Source: Patescibacteria group bacterium (GTDB taxonomy: Bacteria > Patescibacteriota > Patescibacteriia > UBA10025 > JBIOWE01). Taken from it: 64,000 bases of DNA. The stretch spans positions 78,558 to 142,557 of the forward strand of contig JBIOWE010000006.1 in assembly GCA_044868145.1 (NCBI GenBank), given 5' to 3'. Below the pieces are notes generated by a model. It saw nothing but the letters and a program-made list of their open reading frames with translations, was not told where the DNA came from and searched no databases. The translations under genes and the position numbers were made by a program. This document shows, piece by piece, positions 1 through 11,047 of the stretch (within the stretch, counting starts at the first letter, position 1; the number at the start of each line of letters is the position of its first letter).

Positions 1-441
1 ATCATAAACTTTTTGGTGCTGTTATTCATATTGTATAAACTTGCGTACAAGCCGATCCTGAAGATTCTGCAGGAACGCAAGAACACTATTGAGCAAGGGC
101 TCCATAACGCAAAAAAAGCCGAAGATCGGTTGCAAGAGGTTGACGCACTGGCAAAAGCGAAGTTAGTTGACGCCAGTAAGGAAGCGCAACGCTTGCTAGA
201 TAATACGCAGAGCGACGCGGAATTGCTTCGACAAGAAAAGTTGACTGAGACGCAGCGCGAAGCCCACATTATCTTGGAAAAAACGAAAAAGGAGATTGAG
301 CGCGAACAAAAACAAATGTTTGAAGAAGCAAAATCCTCGGTCGCCAGTCTCGTCGTCAGCGCGACCGAGAAAGTGCTCGTAAAAAAGATCGACAGCCAGG
401 AAGATCAGCGGATTATTGAAGATGTCGTGAAACATCTCTAA
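1..441 (+). CDS. atpF: ATP synthase F0 subunit b (5' truncated by window edge)
   Basis: Hydrophobic N-terminus followed by YKPILKILQERK and a long charged coiled coil; first gene of the atpFHAGDC run. Confidence 0.9.
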   Translation: MINFLVLLFILYKLAYKPILKILQERKNTIEQGLHNAKKAEDRLQEVDALAKAKLVDASKEAQRLLDNTQSDAELLRQEKLTETQREAHIILEKTKKEIEREQKQMFEEAKSSVASLVVSATEKVLVKKIDSQEDQRIIEDVVKHL

Positions 442-449
442 GGAAACAT

Positions 450-848
450 ATGTCGAAGATTCCAAGTAAAAAATATGCAGCCAGCTTGCTCGAAGCGTTG
501 GCTGAAACCCCGGAAGCGAAGCAGGATGCGATTTTTAATCATTTCCTTAGCCTCATGGTGCAACAGAATGACATGGCAAAAGCACCGGCGATTGTTCGCG
601 ACCTTGAACAAATGTTGAAAGTAAAAGCCGGCGTTCTGGACGTCGAGCTCACAACCAGCCATCCGCTTGATGACCAGACGCGTCAGCATATCGTTGAAAA
701 AGTCCAGGAACGGCTTGGCAAAAAGATAGAGGTGTTCGAGCGCCGCGATCCAAGCCTGTTGGGCGGCGTCGTGATAAAATACGGCGACACTGTCTTGGAC
801 GGTAGTATCAAGCGAAAACTTGCAGCCTTACGCGAACAATTGATTTGA
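450..848 (+). CDS. atpH: ATP synthase F1 subunit delta (short form)
   Basis: KYAASLLE N-terminus and [21 protein letters not shown]-terminal motif; lies between atpF and atpA. Confidence 0.92.
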   Translation: MSKIPSKKYAASLLEALAETPEAKQDAIFNHFLSLMVQQNDMAKAPAIVRDLEQMLKVKAGVLDVELTTSHPLDDQTRQHIVEKVQERLGKKIEVFERRDPSLLGGVVIKYGDTVLDGSIKRKLAALREQLI

Positions 849-852
849 ACAT

Positions 853-2358
853 ATGGCAAATAAAGATTACATTATCGAACGACTCAAGGAAAAAATCATC
901 CACTTCAAAGCAGAGATGAAAAAAGAGAACGTGGGCACGGTCGTGGAAGTCGGGGACGGCATCGCGCGCGTTTCCGGTTTGTCCGAATGCCTTGCCTCGG
1001 AAATGCTGGCGTTTCCGCACAACACGTTTGGCGTCGCGTTAAACCTGGAAGAAGATTTTGTCGGCGCGGTCATTTTGGGCGATTATACGCGTATCAAGGA
1101 GGGTGATGAGGTGAAAACAACCGGACGCATTCTCGAAGTGCCGGTTGGCGACAGTCTTATCGGACGCGTGGTTGACCCGCTCGGCAGGCCGCTCGACGGC
1201 AAAGGGGAGATCAAAACAAAAACGTTTTATCCAGTTGAAAAGATTGCGCCACGCGTTATTACGCGTGAATCCGTGCGTACGCCCGTGCAAACGGGGATTA
1301 AGGCAATCGACTCGATGATTCCAATCGGTCGCGGCCAGCGTGAGCTCATTATCGGCGACCGTCAGACCGGTAAAACTTCACTTGCTATCGACGCGATCAT
1401 CAACCAAAAAGGCCAGAACATGATTTGTGTGTACGTCGCCATCGGCCAGAAGGAGTCCAAGATTGCGAAAATCGTTGCCAAGCTTGAGGAACGAGGGGCG
1501 ATGGACCACACGATTGTCGTTCTCGCCGGCGCGTCCGAGCCCGCCTCACTTTCGTTTATTGCGCCGTACGCCGGATGTGCAATGGCGGAATATTTCATGG
1601 ACCAGGGCAAAGATTGCCTTGTTATCTACGACGACCTCACGCGCCATGCCTGGGCGTATCGGCAAATTTCATTATTGCTCCGTCGGCCGCCGGGCCGCGA
1701 GGCGTATCCAGGCGACATTTTCTACTTGCATTCTCGTTTGCTTGAACGCGCCGCGAAGTTGAATAAAGAACACGGCGCAGGCTCTTTAACCGCGCTCCCT
1801 ATTATCGAAACGCAAGCAGGCGACATTTCCGCGTACATTCCGACCAACGTCATTTCGATTACGGACGGACAAATTTACCTTGAATCAGACCTTTTTTACC
1901 AGGGCATTCGGCCGGCCTTGAACGTCGGGCTTTCCGTTTCCCGCGTCGGCTCCACAGCTCAAATACCGGCGATGAAACGCGTGGCCGGCAAACTGCGGCT
2001 TGAACTGGCGCAATTCCGCGAGCTCGCGGCGTTCGCGCAATTCGGTTCGGAACTCGATGACGCCACGCGTAAGCAAATTGAACGCGGACGTAGGCTACAG
2101 GAAATTCTCAAGCAAAAGCAGTTTGTTCCCATGGCCGTGGAACACCAAGTAGCCATTCTCTATGCCGCGATCAATGGCTATGTTGACGACGTGCCTGTTG
2201 AACGTGTGCAAGAATTTGAACAGAAGTTCCACGATTACTTAAAGCGCAACAAGAAAGCACTTGAGCTCATTAGCAAAGAGCGCGACATCACGCCGAATGT
2301 CGAAACGGCGCTCAAAGCGGCAATCAAGGAATTTAAAACAGTTACGCCTCTCACTTAA
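853..2358 (+). CDS. atpA: ATP synthase F1 subunit alpha
   Basis: GDGIARV, Walker [32 protein letters not shown]. Confidence 0.99.
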   Translation: MANKDYIIERLKEKIIHFKAEMKKENVGTVVEVGDGIARVSGLSECLASEMLAFPHNTFGVALNLEEDFVGAVILGDYTRIKEGDEVKTTGRILEVPVGDSLIGRVVDPLGRPLDGKGEIKTKTFYPVEKIAPRVITRESVRTPVQTGIKAIDSMIPIGRGQRELIIGDRQTGKTSLAIDAIINQKGQNMICVYVAIGQKESKIAKIVAKLEERGAMDHTIVVLAGASEPASLSFIAPYAGCAMAEYFMDQGKDCLVIYDDLTRHAWAYRQISLLLRRPPGREAYPGDIFYLHSRLLERAAKLNKEHGAGSLTALPIIETQAGDISAYIPTNVISITDGQIYLESDLFYQGIRPALNVGLSVSRVGSTAQIPAMKRVAGKLRLELAQFRELAAFAQFGSELDDATRKQIERGRRLQEILKQKQFVPMAVEHQVAILYAAINGYVDDVPVERVQEFEQKFHDYLKRNKKALELISKERDITPNVETALKAAIKEFKTVTPLT

Positions 2359-2361
2359 CAT

Positions 2362-3264
2362 ATGCCAGTTGCTACACGCGATATTAAACGACGTATTCGT
2401 TCCATCGGTAATACCCGCAAGATTACCAAGGCGATGGAACTGGTTGCCGCCGCGAAAATGCGGAAAGCCGTGCAAGCGGTTTTGGCAACGCGGGCCTATG
2501 CCCATGCGGCATGGGAAATAGTAACAGACCTCGCGCATCGTTCGCAGGAAGAATTGCATCCGCTCTTGCAGAAATCAAAAAAGACCCGCTCGCTCGCCAT
2601 TATTTTGATTACTTCGAACAGGGGTTTATGTGGCGGGTTTAATCGAGAAATTATTGAAGAAACCGGCACGTATATTCATGAACAAAAGAATGGTGGCGTT
2701 CAAACAGTTGATGTGATTTTATTGGGCAAGAAAGGAACGGATATAGTGTCGCGCCATGGCCAGCGGGTGACTGCTGCGTATCCGAAAGAGGACGTGGCTC
2801 GGGGAGTCTCCGATATCGCATCTATCAGCCGTTTCGTTGTCAACGATTTCTTATCAAAAAAGTATGACCGCGTGGTGGTGAGCTACACTGATTACGTTTC
2901 CGCGGTTTCGCAAGAGCCGTATATCAGGACGATTCTGCCCATCGAACGAGAAAGCCAAAAGCTCGGCGTGATCGGTAAAACAGCCAACGTTCCAACTCAT
3001 GCTTTTGGCGAGTATCTGTTTGAGCCGTCAGCCGATATTGTGCTGGATAATATGCTCTTCCGATTGATTGAGCTACAATTGTATCAAGCGCTGCTTGAGT
3101 CGAACGCCTCGGAGCATTCGGCCCGCATGTTCGCAATGCGTAACGCGTCTGATGCTGCCTCGGACATGATTGATGATCTGACGCTTACCTATAACCAAGC
3201 GCGTCAGTGGTCAATTACGGCGGAACTTGCGGATATCATTGGCGGACGCGCAGCGGTTGAGTAA
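2362..3264 (+). CDS. atpG: ATP synthase F1 subunit gamma
   Basis: KITKAMELVAAAK, NRGLCGGFN, SEHSARMFAM, YNQARQ..IT.EL. Confidence 0.98.
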   Translation: MPVATRDIKRRIRSIGNTRKITKAMELVAAAKMRKAVQAVLATRAYAHAAWEIVTDLAHRSQEELHPLLQKSKKTRSLAIILITSNRGLCGGFNREIIEETGTYIHEQKNGGVQTVDVILLGKKGTDIVSRHGQRVTAAYPKEDVARGVSDIASISRFVVNDFLSKKYDRVVVSYTDYVSAVSQEPYIRTILPIERESQKLGVIGKTANVPTHAFGEYLFEPSADIVLDNMLFRLIELQLYQALLESNASEHSARMFAMRNASDAASDMIDDLTLTYNQARQWSITAELADIIGGRAAVE

Positions 3265-4707
<1,443 letters not shown>

Positions 4708-4739
4708 TCCCAGCGCACCTCTCCGCGGGTGCGATTGGA
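4708..4739. repeat. CCCAGCGCA...TGCGAT(T/G)GG hairpin, copy 1
   Basis: tcccagcgcacc-tctccgcg-ggtgcgattgga immediately after the atpD stop; related to 6372-6405 and 33657-33690. Confidence 0.55.
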
Positions 4740-4748
4740 CCATGCGAT

Positions 4749-5189
4749 ATGGCAAAAACATTCCATTTCGAAATAACGACACCCGAGAAAACCGTTCTCA
4801 AAGATGAGATTGACGAACTCATTGTGCCAACGCCAAACGGCGAGATTGGCATTTTGCCCAATCATGTGCCGCTTGTCTCGCTCGTTTCGCCCGGTGAAAT
4901 TCGTATTAAAAAGGGAAGTGACGTGACCCATATGGCGACGTCCGGCGGTTTCGTGCAAGTGCAACGCGACAAAGTAATTCTCCTTGCGGACACCGCTGAA
5001 CACGCGGAAGAAATTGACGTGGCAGCCGCGGAAGAGGCGCATAAACGAGCTGAAGCGATGATGAAGGAGAAGAAGTTAGATGCGCGAGAATTCGCTGCAC
5101 TGTCTGCTCGAATCGAAAAAGAGTTGGCACGCCTCAAAGTGGCGCGCAGGCGCCGAGAGCCAAAAATAAGACCAGGATCGCTTAAATAA
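4749..5189 (+). CDS. atpC: ATP synthase F1 subunit epsilon
   Basis: FEITTPE, GEIGILPNHVPL, SGGFVQV, ILADTAE. Confidence 0.97.
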   Translation: MAKTFHFEITTPEKTVLKDEIDELIVPTPNGEIGILPNHVPLVSLVSPGEIRIKKGSDVTHMATSGGFVQVQRDKVILLADTAEHAEEIDVAAAEEAHKRAEAMMKEKKLDAREFAALSARIEKELARLKVARRRREPKIRPGSLK

Positions 5190-5219
5190 CAGCGCATCAC
5201 CCCTGAGTATATCGAGGGG

Positions 5220-5247
5220 TTGACAAATTCTTATTTTAGAATATACT
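5220..5247 (+). promoter_or_regulatory. Sigma70-type promoter
   Basis: TTGACA-16 nt-TATACT upstream of the 5297 ORF, which has an AGGAGG SD. Confidence 0.6.
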
Positions 5248-5296
5248 AATGAGTCAGTAAAAAATAAAACCGGCACTCTAACAAACAAAAGGAGGA

Positions 5297-5860
5297 TTGA
5301 TGGGAGATGCAACCGGAGGTGAAGCATATCGTCCGACCGAACTAGAAAGAATCCAAGACTGGATTGACGGAGGCCTTCTCCGTAATGTCGACCAAGGAAT
5401 TTTGAACGGCCGTTGTAAAGAAGGGTCCATTGTCCTTCTTTGCGGCGATGGTGACAAATCATTCGATAAGATTTTCAAACATCTTATCGAGAAGCTCGGT
5501 TTGTCCAAGCGGGTCCATCTGGAGGCAGTGAACGGCGGCGCATTTCGACTTATCGAAGACGCGCCAATACCCAACAATCAACGGATCCACCAGCAGCTTC
5601 TCGCAGAGCTGCATCAGAGTCGAGAGCTGAAGCAGATCTCCAACCTTCTTTTGTACGCGCACTATCCGTGTGGAATGGCAATAGCCTCTGGCATCGACTT
5701 GTCGCAAACAATTGAGTACACGCTCCAAGCCTCCCAATTATTGGTACGGACAGGATGGGATGCGAAGAGTATTGTGCCGTTATTTCATGTAGATCACGGA
5801 ACAAAACTCCGGACCTACTATATCGAAAAGACGATGCGTCATCTTCTGAATGCCGCATAA
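5297..5860 (+). CDS. Divergent beta-carbonic-anhydrase-like protein
   Basis: C-x-D (LLCGDGD), NGG and H-x-x-C (AHYPCG) metal-ligand pattern; strong SD. Confidence 0.55.
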   Translation: MMGDATGGEAYRPTELERIQDWIDGGLLRNVDQGILNGRCKEGSIVLLCGDGDKSFDKIFKHLIEKLGLSKRVHLEAVNGGAFRLIEDAPIPNNQRIHQQLLAELHQSRELKQISNLLLYAHYPCGMAIASGIDLSQTIEYTLQASQLLVRTGWDAKSIVPLFHVDHGTKLRTYYIEKTMRHLLNAA

Positions 5861-5866
5861 CGTTTC

Positions 5867-5901
5867 CGGGCAGTTGCATATTTGTGACTGCCCGTTTATT
5901 A
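5867..5901 (+). terminator. Probable intrinsic terminator
   Basis: cgggcagt...actgcccg stem followed by tttatt. Confidence 0.55.
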
Positions 5902-5917
5902 TTACTAATGGACATCT

Positions 5918-6346
5918 ATGCATACGTGTAAAGCACTTGTTATCCATTGTATGGACTTTCGGTTCATCGAGAGTCTCCGGCAGTGGCTGAACAGCGTTGG
6001 GCTGAAGAATGATTACGATCTCGTATCCGTTGCCGGCGCTGCGAAAAATATCGTAAGCCCGAGTCAATCGTCTGACCGCGATTTTCTTTTGAGACAAATT
6101 GAGACAAGTAAGCGATTGCACCACATTTCAGAGGTATACTTGATCAATCATCTCGATTGCGGAGCGTACGGAGGCGCAAAAGCGTTTTCGGACCAAAACG
6201 CAGAGCGTAACCAACACGTGAGCGACCTGAAAGCCGCGAAAGAGATTCTCCAAAAACAATTTTCTGACCTTGCGGTAAAACTCGTGGTCGCGAAGCTGGC
6301 AAAAGACACAGGGGAATTTGAAGTGCAGTTCGAGATGATTGTATAA
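5918..6346 (+). CDS. Small beta-class carbonic-anhydrase-like protein
   Basis: HCMDFR, SVAGA and NHLDCGAY: the C-x-D-x-R...H-x-x-C zinc site of beta-CA-like proteins. Confidence 0.8.
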   Translation: MHTCKALVIHCMDFRFIESLRQWLNSVGLKNDYDLVSVAGAAKNIVSPSQSSDRDFLLRQIETSKRLHHISEVYLINHLDCGAYGGAKAFSDQNAERNQHVSDLKAAKEILQKQFSDLAVKLVVAKLAKDTGEFEVQFEMIV

Positions 6347-6371
6347 TTTCACCATATTTTTGCACAACGTA

Positions 6372-6405
6372 AACCCAGCGCAGGCCGCTGTGCCTGCGAT
6401 GGGTT
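6372..6405. repeat. CCCAGCGCA...TGCGATGGG hairpin, copy 2
   Basis: aacccagcgcaggc-cgctgt-gcctgcgatgggtt. Confidence 0.55.
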
Positions 6406-6529
6406 ATGGCTTTCGTCTCCGCACCCACAGCGGGGTGCTCTGGTTTTTGCAGCCTTGTTTCAAAAATATATTATTGCTATAATGTAAGCATGAAACATTT
6501 GTTTCATGCTGTGGAAAACTTTGAATAAC

Positions 6530-6560
6530 TGAAGGGGCGAATTTTCGCCTCTTTTTTGTT
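6530..6560 (+). terminator. Intrinsic terminator
   Basis: aggggcga-attt-tcgcctct followed by ttttt. Confidence 0.65.
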
Positions 6561-6640
6561 TATTGCTCGCAGAGATTGGAGGTGAGACCTACGTAATGCG
6601 CGCACATAAAGCTCATTAACATTTCATAAAGGAGGGATCA

Positions 6641-7072
6641 ATGCTGCAGGTGGCTGAAAAGAACGTTATTGACTTTAAGAAACTCGTGAGTGAGCCCTTG
6701 GGTAATGGATACCCACGTTTCTCCGTCAACGGTGTAGCCTATGCGTCTGAAGGAGAGAAAATGATTGCGCTTATGCTGCACGGGAATAACATTAAGTTTC
6801 GTCCAAACCCGTCGTTTAAGTTATCAGACGGTCACACATATATTCCAGACTTTGTTTTAAAATTTCCTTTCACGTGGCTGGGCCAAGACGATGATCGTTA
6901 TAAGACGTTCCGCGTTCTCGAAGCAAAAAACGGAATCATCCACCCTACAGATCTCATAAAAGCAAAACTTCTTGAGGAGGAATGGGGGTTGCCTGTCAAG
7001 TTGCTGCTGTATCGTGAGATTAAAAACCATCACAAACAAGGAGCTTTGCCTCTTGAGCTCATTTTCGACTGA
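6641..7072 (+). CDS. PD-(D/E)xK nuclease-fold protein
   Basis: S-x-x-E helix, Y-x-PDF and E-x-K (VLEAKNG) motifs; AGGAGG SD. Confidence 0.65.
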   Translation: MLQVAEKNVIDFKKLVSEPLGNGYPRFSVNGVAYASEGEKMIALMLHGNNIKFRPNPSFKLSDGHTYIPDFVLKFPFTWLGQDDDRYKTFRVLEAKNGIIHPTDLIKAKLLEEEWGLPVKLLLYREIKNHHKQGALPLELIFD

Positions 7073-7080
7073 AAAATGCG

Positions 7081-7113
7081 ACTCGCCCAAGATATTGGGC
7101 GAGTTTTGCTTTT
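7081..7113 (+). terminator. Intrinsic terminator
   Basis: actcgcccaa-gata-ttgggcgagt followed by a T tract. Confidence 0.7.
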
Positions 7114-7138
7114 TACTTTCGTGTGTTAAAATACATCC

Positions 7139-10100
7139 ATGAATATTTCCGAGAACCTGAATGACGCGCAAAAAAAGGCGGTCACGTTTGGCGAAGGACC
7201 GCTTTTGATTGTGGCCGGCGCCGGAACTGGAAAAACGACCGTGATCACCCAGCGTATCGCATGGCTCATCCTCGAAAAAAAACTGAAAACAGATTCCATC
7301 CTCGCGTTGACGTTCACGGATAAAGCCGCGGGCGAGATGGAGGAGCGCATTGACGTCGCGTTGCCGTACGGCTACGTTGATCTTTGGGTGTCGACGTTTC
7401 ACGCGTTTTGCGAGCGTATCTTAAAAGACAATGCATTGGAGATTGGCTTGCCGCCGGATTTCAAGCTCTTGAATCAAGTTGACCAAGCGCTACTCGTTCG
7501 GGAACAGTTTGACCGGTTCAACCTTGATTATTATCGGCCGCTCGGGAATCCGACAAAATTTATTCAAGCGCTCGTTAAACATTTCTCACGCGCAAAAGAT
7601 GAAAATATTTTACCGCAAGATTACCTTGAGTATGCAAAGAACGTGAAACTCGATCGCGACCAAGCGGAGTTTTTGAAGAAGAAGGAGGGCGAGCGCATCT
7701 CTGAAAAAGAACGCATACAAGAGGTCGCGGACGCGTATCACGTCTATCAGCAGCTTTTGTTGGAAAAAAGCAGCCTCGATTTCGGCGACCTGATTCTGTA
7801 TGCGATTAAATTGCTGAAGGAACGGCCAAACGTGCTGAAGCGATACCAGGAGCAATTCGCGTATATTCTCGTGGACGAGTTTCAAGACACCAATCATGCG
7901 CAATACGAGCTCATCAAGCTCCTGGCCGCGCCGAAGAATAACGTAACTGTGGTCGGTGATGACGACCAGTCAATCTACAAATTCCGCGGAGCCGCCATAT
8001 CGAACATTTTGGAGTTTAAAAAGGACTTTCCGAATTCGCAGGAGATCGTACTCACAGAAAATTATCGTTCGAAACAAAACATCCTTGATTTGGCGTACAA
8101 GTTCATTCAACTGAATAACCCAAACCGCCTTGAGTATCAATTGTCGCACGGGCACATTGATCCGAAGGGCCGCCCGCTGCAAACAAAAATTTCCAAACAG
8201 CTCCATTCCACAACGGGCGATGCGGGGTTGATCGAGCATATGCATTTTCGAGGCCACACGGAAGAGGCGTCGGGCGTAGTGAAGAAAATTCTCGATTTGA
8301 AGCGCGACGACCCCAAGCTCACGTGGTCCGATTTTTCGATTCTTGTTCGTGCGAACAGCTACGCGAGCGACTTTCTGGCGGTCTTGCGACGATACGACGT
8401 GCCGTATCACTTTCTCGCATCCTCAGGGCTCTACAGCCAGCCTGAGGTTATGGACATTATCGCTTATTTGAAGATGCTTGATAATTATCACGAGAGCGCA
8501 AGCTTATGGCGCGTATTGAATTTTCCTCATTGGCAATTACCGCATAAAGATCTTATTGAGTTTTCCCGATATGCGTCAAGGCGAAATGTTTCGCTGTATG
8601 ACGCGATGAAGATTGGAAGATCGTTGCAATCGGTTTCGCAGGAGACCTTGAAAAAAATTGACGACGTGCTTGGCATGATTGAAAAACATACGGCGTTCGC
8701 GAAGCAGAAAACCGTGGGGCAAGTCGGTTTGCAGTTCATGCAGGATTCTGGATATCTCCAACATTTAACTGAAAATCAGAACCAAGAGAATCTTGACAAA
8801 ATCATGCACCTCAACCAATTTTTTCGAAAAATCGAGCAGTTCGAGTCGAACCATGACGATAAGTCGGTGCACTCGTTCTTGAAGGAGTTCGAGATGATGC
8901 AGGAAGCCGGTGAGGAGGGCGCTTTATTGCCACCGTTTGAAGAGGGCCCAGACGCGGTGAAACTGATGACGCTGCATAGCGCAAAGGGGCTCGAATTTTC
9001 CTACGTGTTCCTCGTCAACTTAGTTGATAAACGATTCCCATCCGTGGAGCGCAAAGAGCCGATTGAGCTTCCGGAAGCGCTGATTAAGGAGATTATCCCC
9101 GAAGGCGATGTGCACCTGCAGGAAGAGCGGCGGTTATTTTACGTCGGCATGACACGAGCAAAACAGGCGCTTTTCTTCACATCCGCTGATGATTACGGAG
9201 GAACGCGCAAGAAGCGGCCGTCGCGTTTTCTTGTTGAATTAGGATTCCAGCGCAAGGAGGGAACAGAAGAGGTTGACTTCAGCGAGCGACTAAGGCAGCC
9301 AGAACAAATGAGCCGTCAGGAAGTGAGCTATGTGGAATTTTTGCGAAAATCAATTCCGGAAAAAGCGAGCTTCACGCAAATACGCGCATTTGAAACGTGC
9401 CCGAAGCAATATAAGTATGCGCATATTTTTAAGATTCCTGTGGAAGGACGGTTCACCTTCAGTTTTGGAAAGTCCGTTCACAATACGTTATTTCGGTTTT
9501 TTAAGCTCGTGAAAGAACGGGCCACGAATAATCAAGCCAGCCTTTTTTCGACTTCCAAAGCGCCAAAATCAACGCAGCCGATTGTAACCCTCGAGGAGCT
9601 GCTCGTCATCTATGAGAATGCGTGGATTCCCGATTGGTACGAATCAAGCAAGCATCAGGAGGAATATCAGCGAAAAGGCAAACAGCAGTTGCAGCAGTGG
9701 TACCTTGCGATGCAAGGAAAGTTTCCGGTGCCTGTTCATCTTGAAAAATCGTTCAACGTGAAAATAGGCGAGCGTCTTTTGAAAGGGGTGATTGATCGTA
9801 TTGATCCAGTGGGGGAGAACGGGGAGGTCGAGATTATTGACTACAAAACGGGCGCGGTTCCAAAAGGAGGCAAGCTTGAAGAAGACGACAAGCGACAACT
9901 GTTCATCTATGACTTGGCCGTCCGCGACGTACTTGGCTTGAAGCCCAAGAACCTCACCTACCACTACCTTGAAGGCAACCAGCTCTTATCATTTGCAAGC
10001 GATCCTGCTACACTAGAGGAGACGCGAGAATACCTAACGCAGACCGTTGAAGCCATTCACGGGAGCACGTTCGCCGCTACTCCTGGGTATTGGTGCAAGA

Positions 10101-10144
10101 CATGCGATTTCTATCAAATTTGTGAAGACCGATGGAAAGGATAA
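7139..10144 (+). CDS. UvrD/PcrA-family helicase with C-terminal PD-(D/E)xK nuclease and Fe-S cysteines (AdnAB/AddA-like)
   Basis: AGAGTGKT, VDEFQDTN, VGDDDQSIY, TLHSAKGLEF, EERRLFYVGMTRAK; C-terminal CPKQY, GVIDRID, IIDYKTG, CKTCDFYQIC. Confidence 0.93.
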   Translation: MNISENLNDAQKKAVTFGEGPLLIVAGAGTGKTTVITQRIAWLILEKKLKTDSILALTFTDKAAGEMEERIDVALPYGYVDLWVSTFHAFCERILKDNALEIGLPPDFKLLNQVDQALLVREQFDRFNLDYYRPLGNPTKFIQALVKHFSRAKDENILPQDYLEYAKNVKLDRDQAEFLKKKEGERISEKERIQEVADAYHVYQQLLLEKSSLDFGDLILYAIKLLKERPNVLKRYQEQFAYILVDEFQDTNHAQYELIKLLAAPKNNVTVVGDDDQSIYKFRGAAISNILEFKKDFPNSQEIVLTENYRSKQNILDLAYKFIQLNNPNRLEYQLSHGHIDPKGRPLQTKISKQLHSTTGDAGLIEHMHFRGHTEEASGVVKKILDLKRDDPKLTWSDFSILVRANSYASDFLAVLRRYDVPYHFLASSGLYSQPEVMDIIAYLKMLDNYHESASLWRVLNFPHWQLPHKDLIEFSRYASRRNVSLYDAMKIGRSLQSVSQETLKKIDDVLGMIEKHTAFAKQKTVGQVGLQFMQDSGYLQHLTENQNQENLDKIMHLNQFFRKIEQFESNHDDKSVHSFLKEFEMMQEAGEEGALLPPFEEGPDAVKLMTLHSAKGLEFSYVFLVNLVDKRFPSVERKEPIELPEALIKEIIPEGDVHLQEERRLFYVGMTRAKQALFFTSADDYGGTRKKRPSRFLVELGFQRKEGTEEVDFSERLRQPEQMSRQEVSYVEFLRKSIPEKASFTQIRAFETCPKQYKYAHIFKIPVEGRFTFSFGKSVHNTLFRFFKLVKERATNNQASLFSTSKAPKSTQPIVTLEELLVIYENAWIPDWYESSKHQEEYQRKGKQQLQQWYLAMQGKFPVPVHLEKSFNVKIGERLLKGVIDRIDPVGENGEVEIIDYKTGAVPKGGKLEEDDKRQLFIYDLAVRDVLGLKPKNLTYHYLEGNQLLSFASDPATLEETREYLTQTVEAIHGSTFAATPGYWCKTCDFYQICEDRWKG

Positions 10145-10151
10145 GAGTAAG

Positions 10152-10248
10152 AATGACTAATGTCTAATTAATTTAATTCCTAATCAATGTCTAATGTCCT
10201 AATGACCAAACTTCTCATTTCGTTCGTGGGGAATTAGAAATTTAGTGT
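10152..10248. repeat. Heptamer tandem repeat tract (AATGWCY) with a partial inverted arm
   Basis: aatgact aatgtct ... aattcct ... aatgtct aatgtcct aatgacc, then ggaattagaaatttagtg. Confidence 0.65.
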
Positions 10249-10249
10249 T

Positions 10250-10543
10250 ATGGCAACGCCGATCAAAGACATCTTGGACGATAACCTTGCGAAAGCGGGC
10301 ATTAAACAAAACGTGGAAGCCGCGATGATTTGCGACGCATTTCCTGATGTCGCCATTCAAGTGATTGGCGAGGGCGTGCGTAACAAAGTCAAGGCGCTTT
10401 ACGTGAAGAATAACACGCTCACCGTCGCGGTTATGAGCTCTGTCATTGGCCAAGAGCTCAAATTGCACGAACAAGAGATTCTTCAAAAGTTGAACCAAAA
10501 AGCTGGTAGAAAACTTGTTCAGAGTATTCGATTTTTTGTGTGA
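10250..10543 (+). CDS. DUF721/DciA-family protein
   Basis: 97 aa with the ..NNTLTVAVMSSVIGQELKLHEQEILQKLN...IRF pattern typical of DUF721. Confidence 0.8.
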   Translation: MATPIKDILDDNLAKAGIKQNVEAAMICDAFPDVAIQVIGEGVRNKVKALYVKNNTLTVAVMSSVIGQELKLHEQEILQKLNQKAGRKLVQSIRFFV

Positions 10544-10648
10544 TTTTTTCGCTGTAGTTAGGGGAAAAATATACATTTATCAAAACTTGTTTTAGGGCGC
10601 CTTCTGTGGTACAATAAAGTAGGTTTGAAGGCCTACTTTTTTGATATT

Positions 10649-11047
10649 ATGTCGCTAAAAACATACCTGCTTTTCATGTCGATTCTCTCCCTGGTTTGTT
10701 GGATTGCCTGGATTTTTGTCTTGTCGTATCTCGATCCGGTTGAATCCGGCGCGCTTAGCCACGTGTTATTTTATCTCAGTTTATTCTTGGCGCTGATGGG
10801 CACGTTTTCCTTGCTCGGATTTTTTGGCCGTGTTTGGTTCTCAAAAGAAGAGGTGATCTTTCGACATCTCGGCGTGTCGTTCCGCCAAGCCATATTGTTC
10901 GCCCTTTTCTTGACGGGTTTGTTGATGTTGCAGGGTGTACGGTTTCTTCGGTGGTGGAACGTCCTGTTATTCATGATTCTACTCACGATAGCCGAATTTT
11001 TGTTCCTGTCGAAACGCCCGTATCGCCAATTGCCAAACGCATCATGA
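10649..11047 (+). CDS. Four-TM hypothetical membrane protein
   Basis: Four hydrophobic segments and an SFRQA motif; ATG at 10649 preferred over the upstream TTG. Confidence 0.75.
   Translation: MSLKTYLLFMSILSLVCWIAWIFVLSYLDPVESGALSHVLFYLSLFLALMGTFSLLGFFGRVWFSKEEVIFRHLGVSFRQAILFALFLTGLLMLQGVRFLRWWNVLLFMILLTIAEFLFLSKRPYRQLPNAS

Noticed and set aside
450-848. Short atpH (and short tsf at 51185-51769) as pseudogenes
   Set aside because: Both keep their terminal motifs and tight operon spacing; short forms are known in reduced genomes.
10152-10248. CRISPR array
   Set aside because: The repeats here and at the other tracts are 7-nt tandem units with no unique spacers; no cas genes are in the window.
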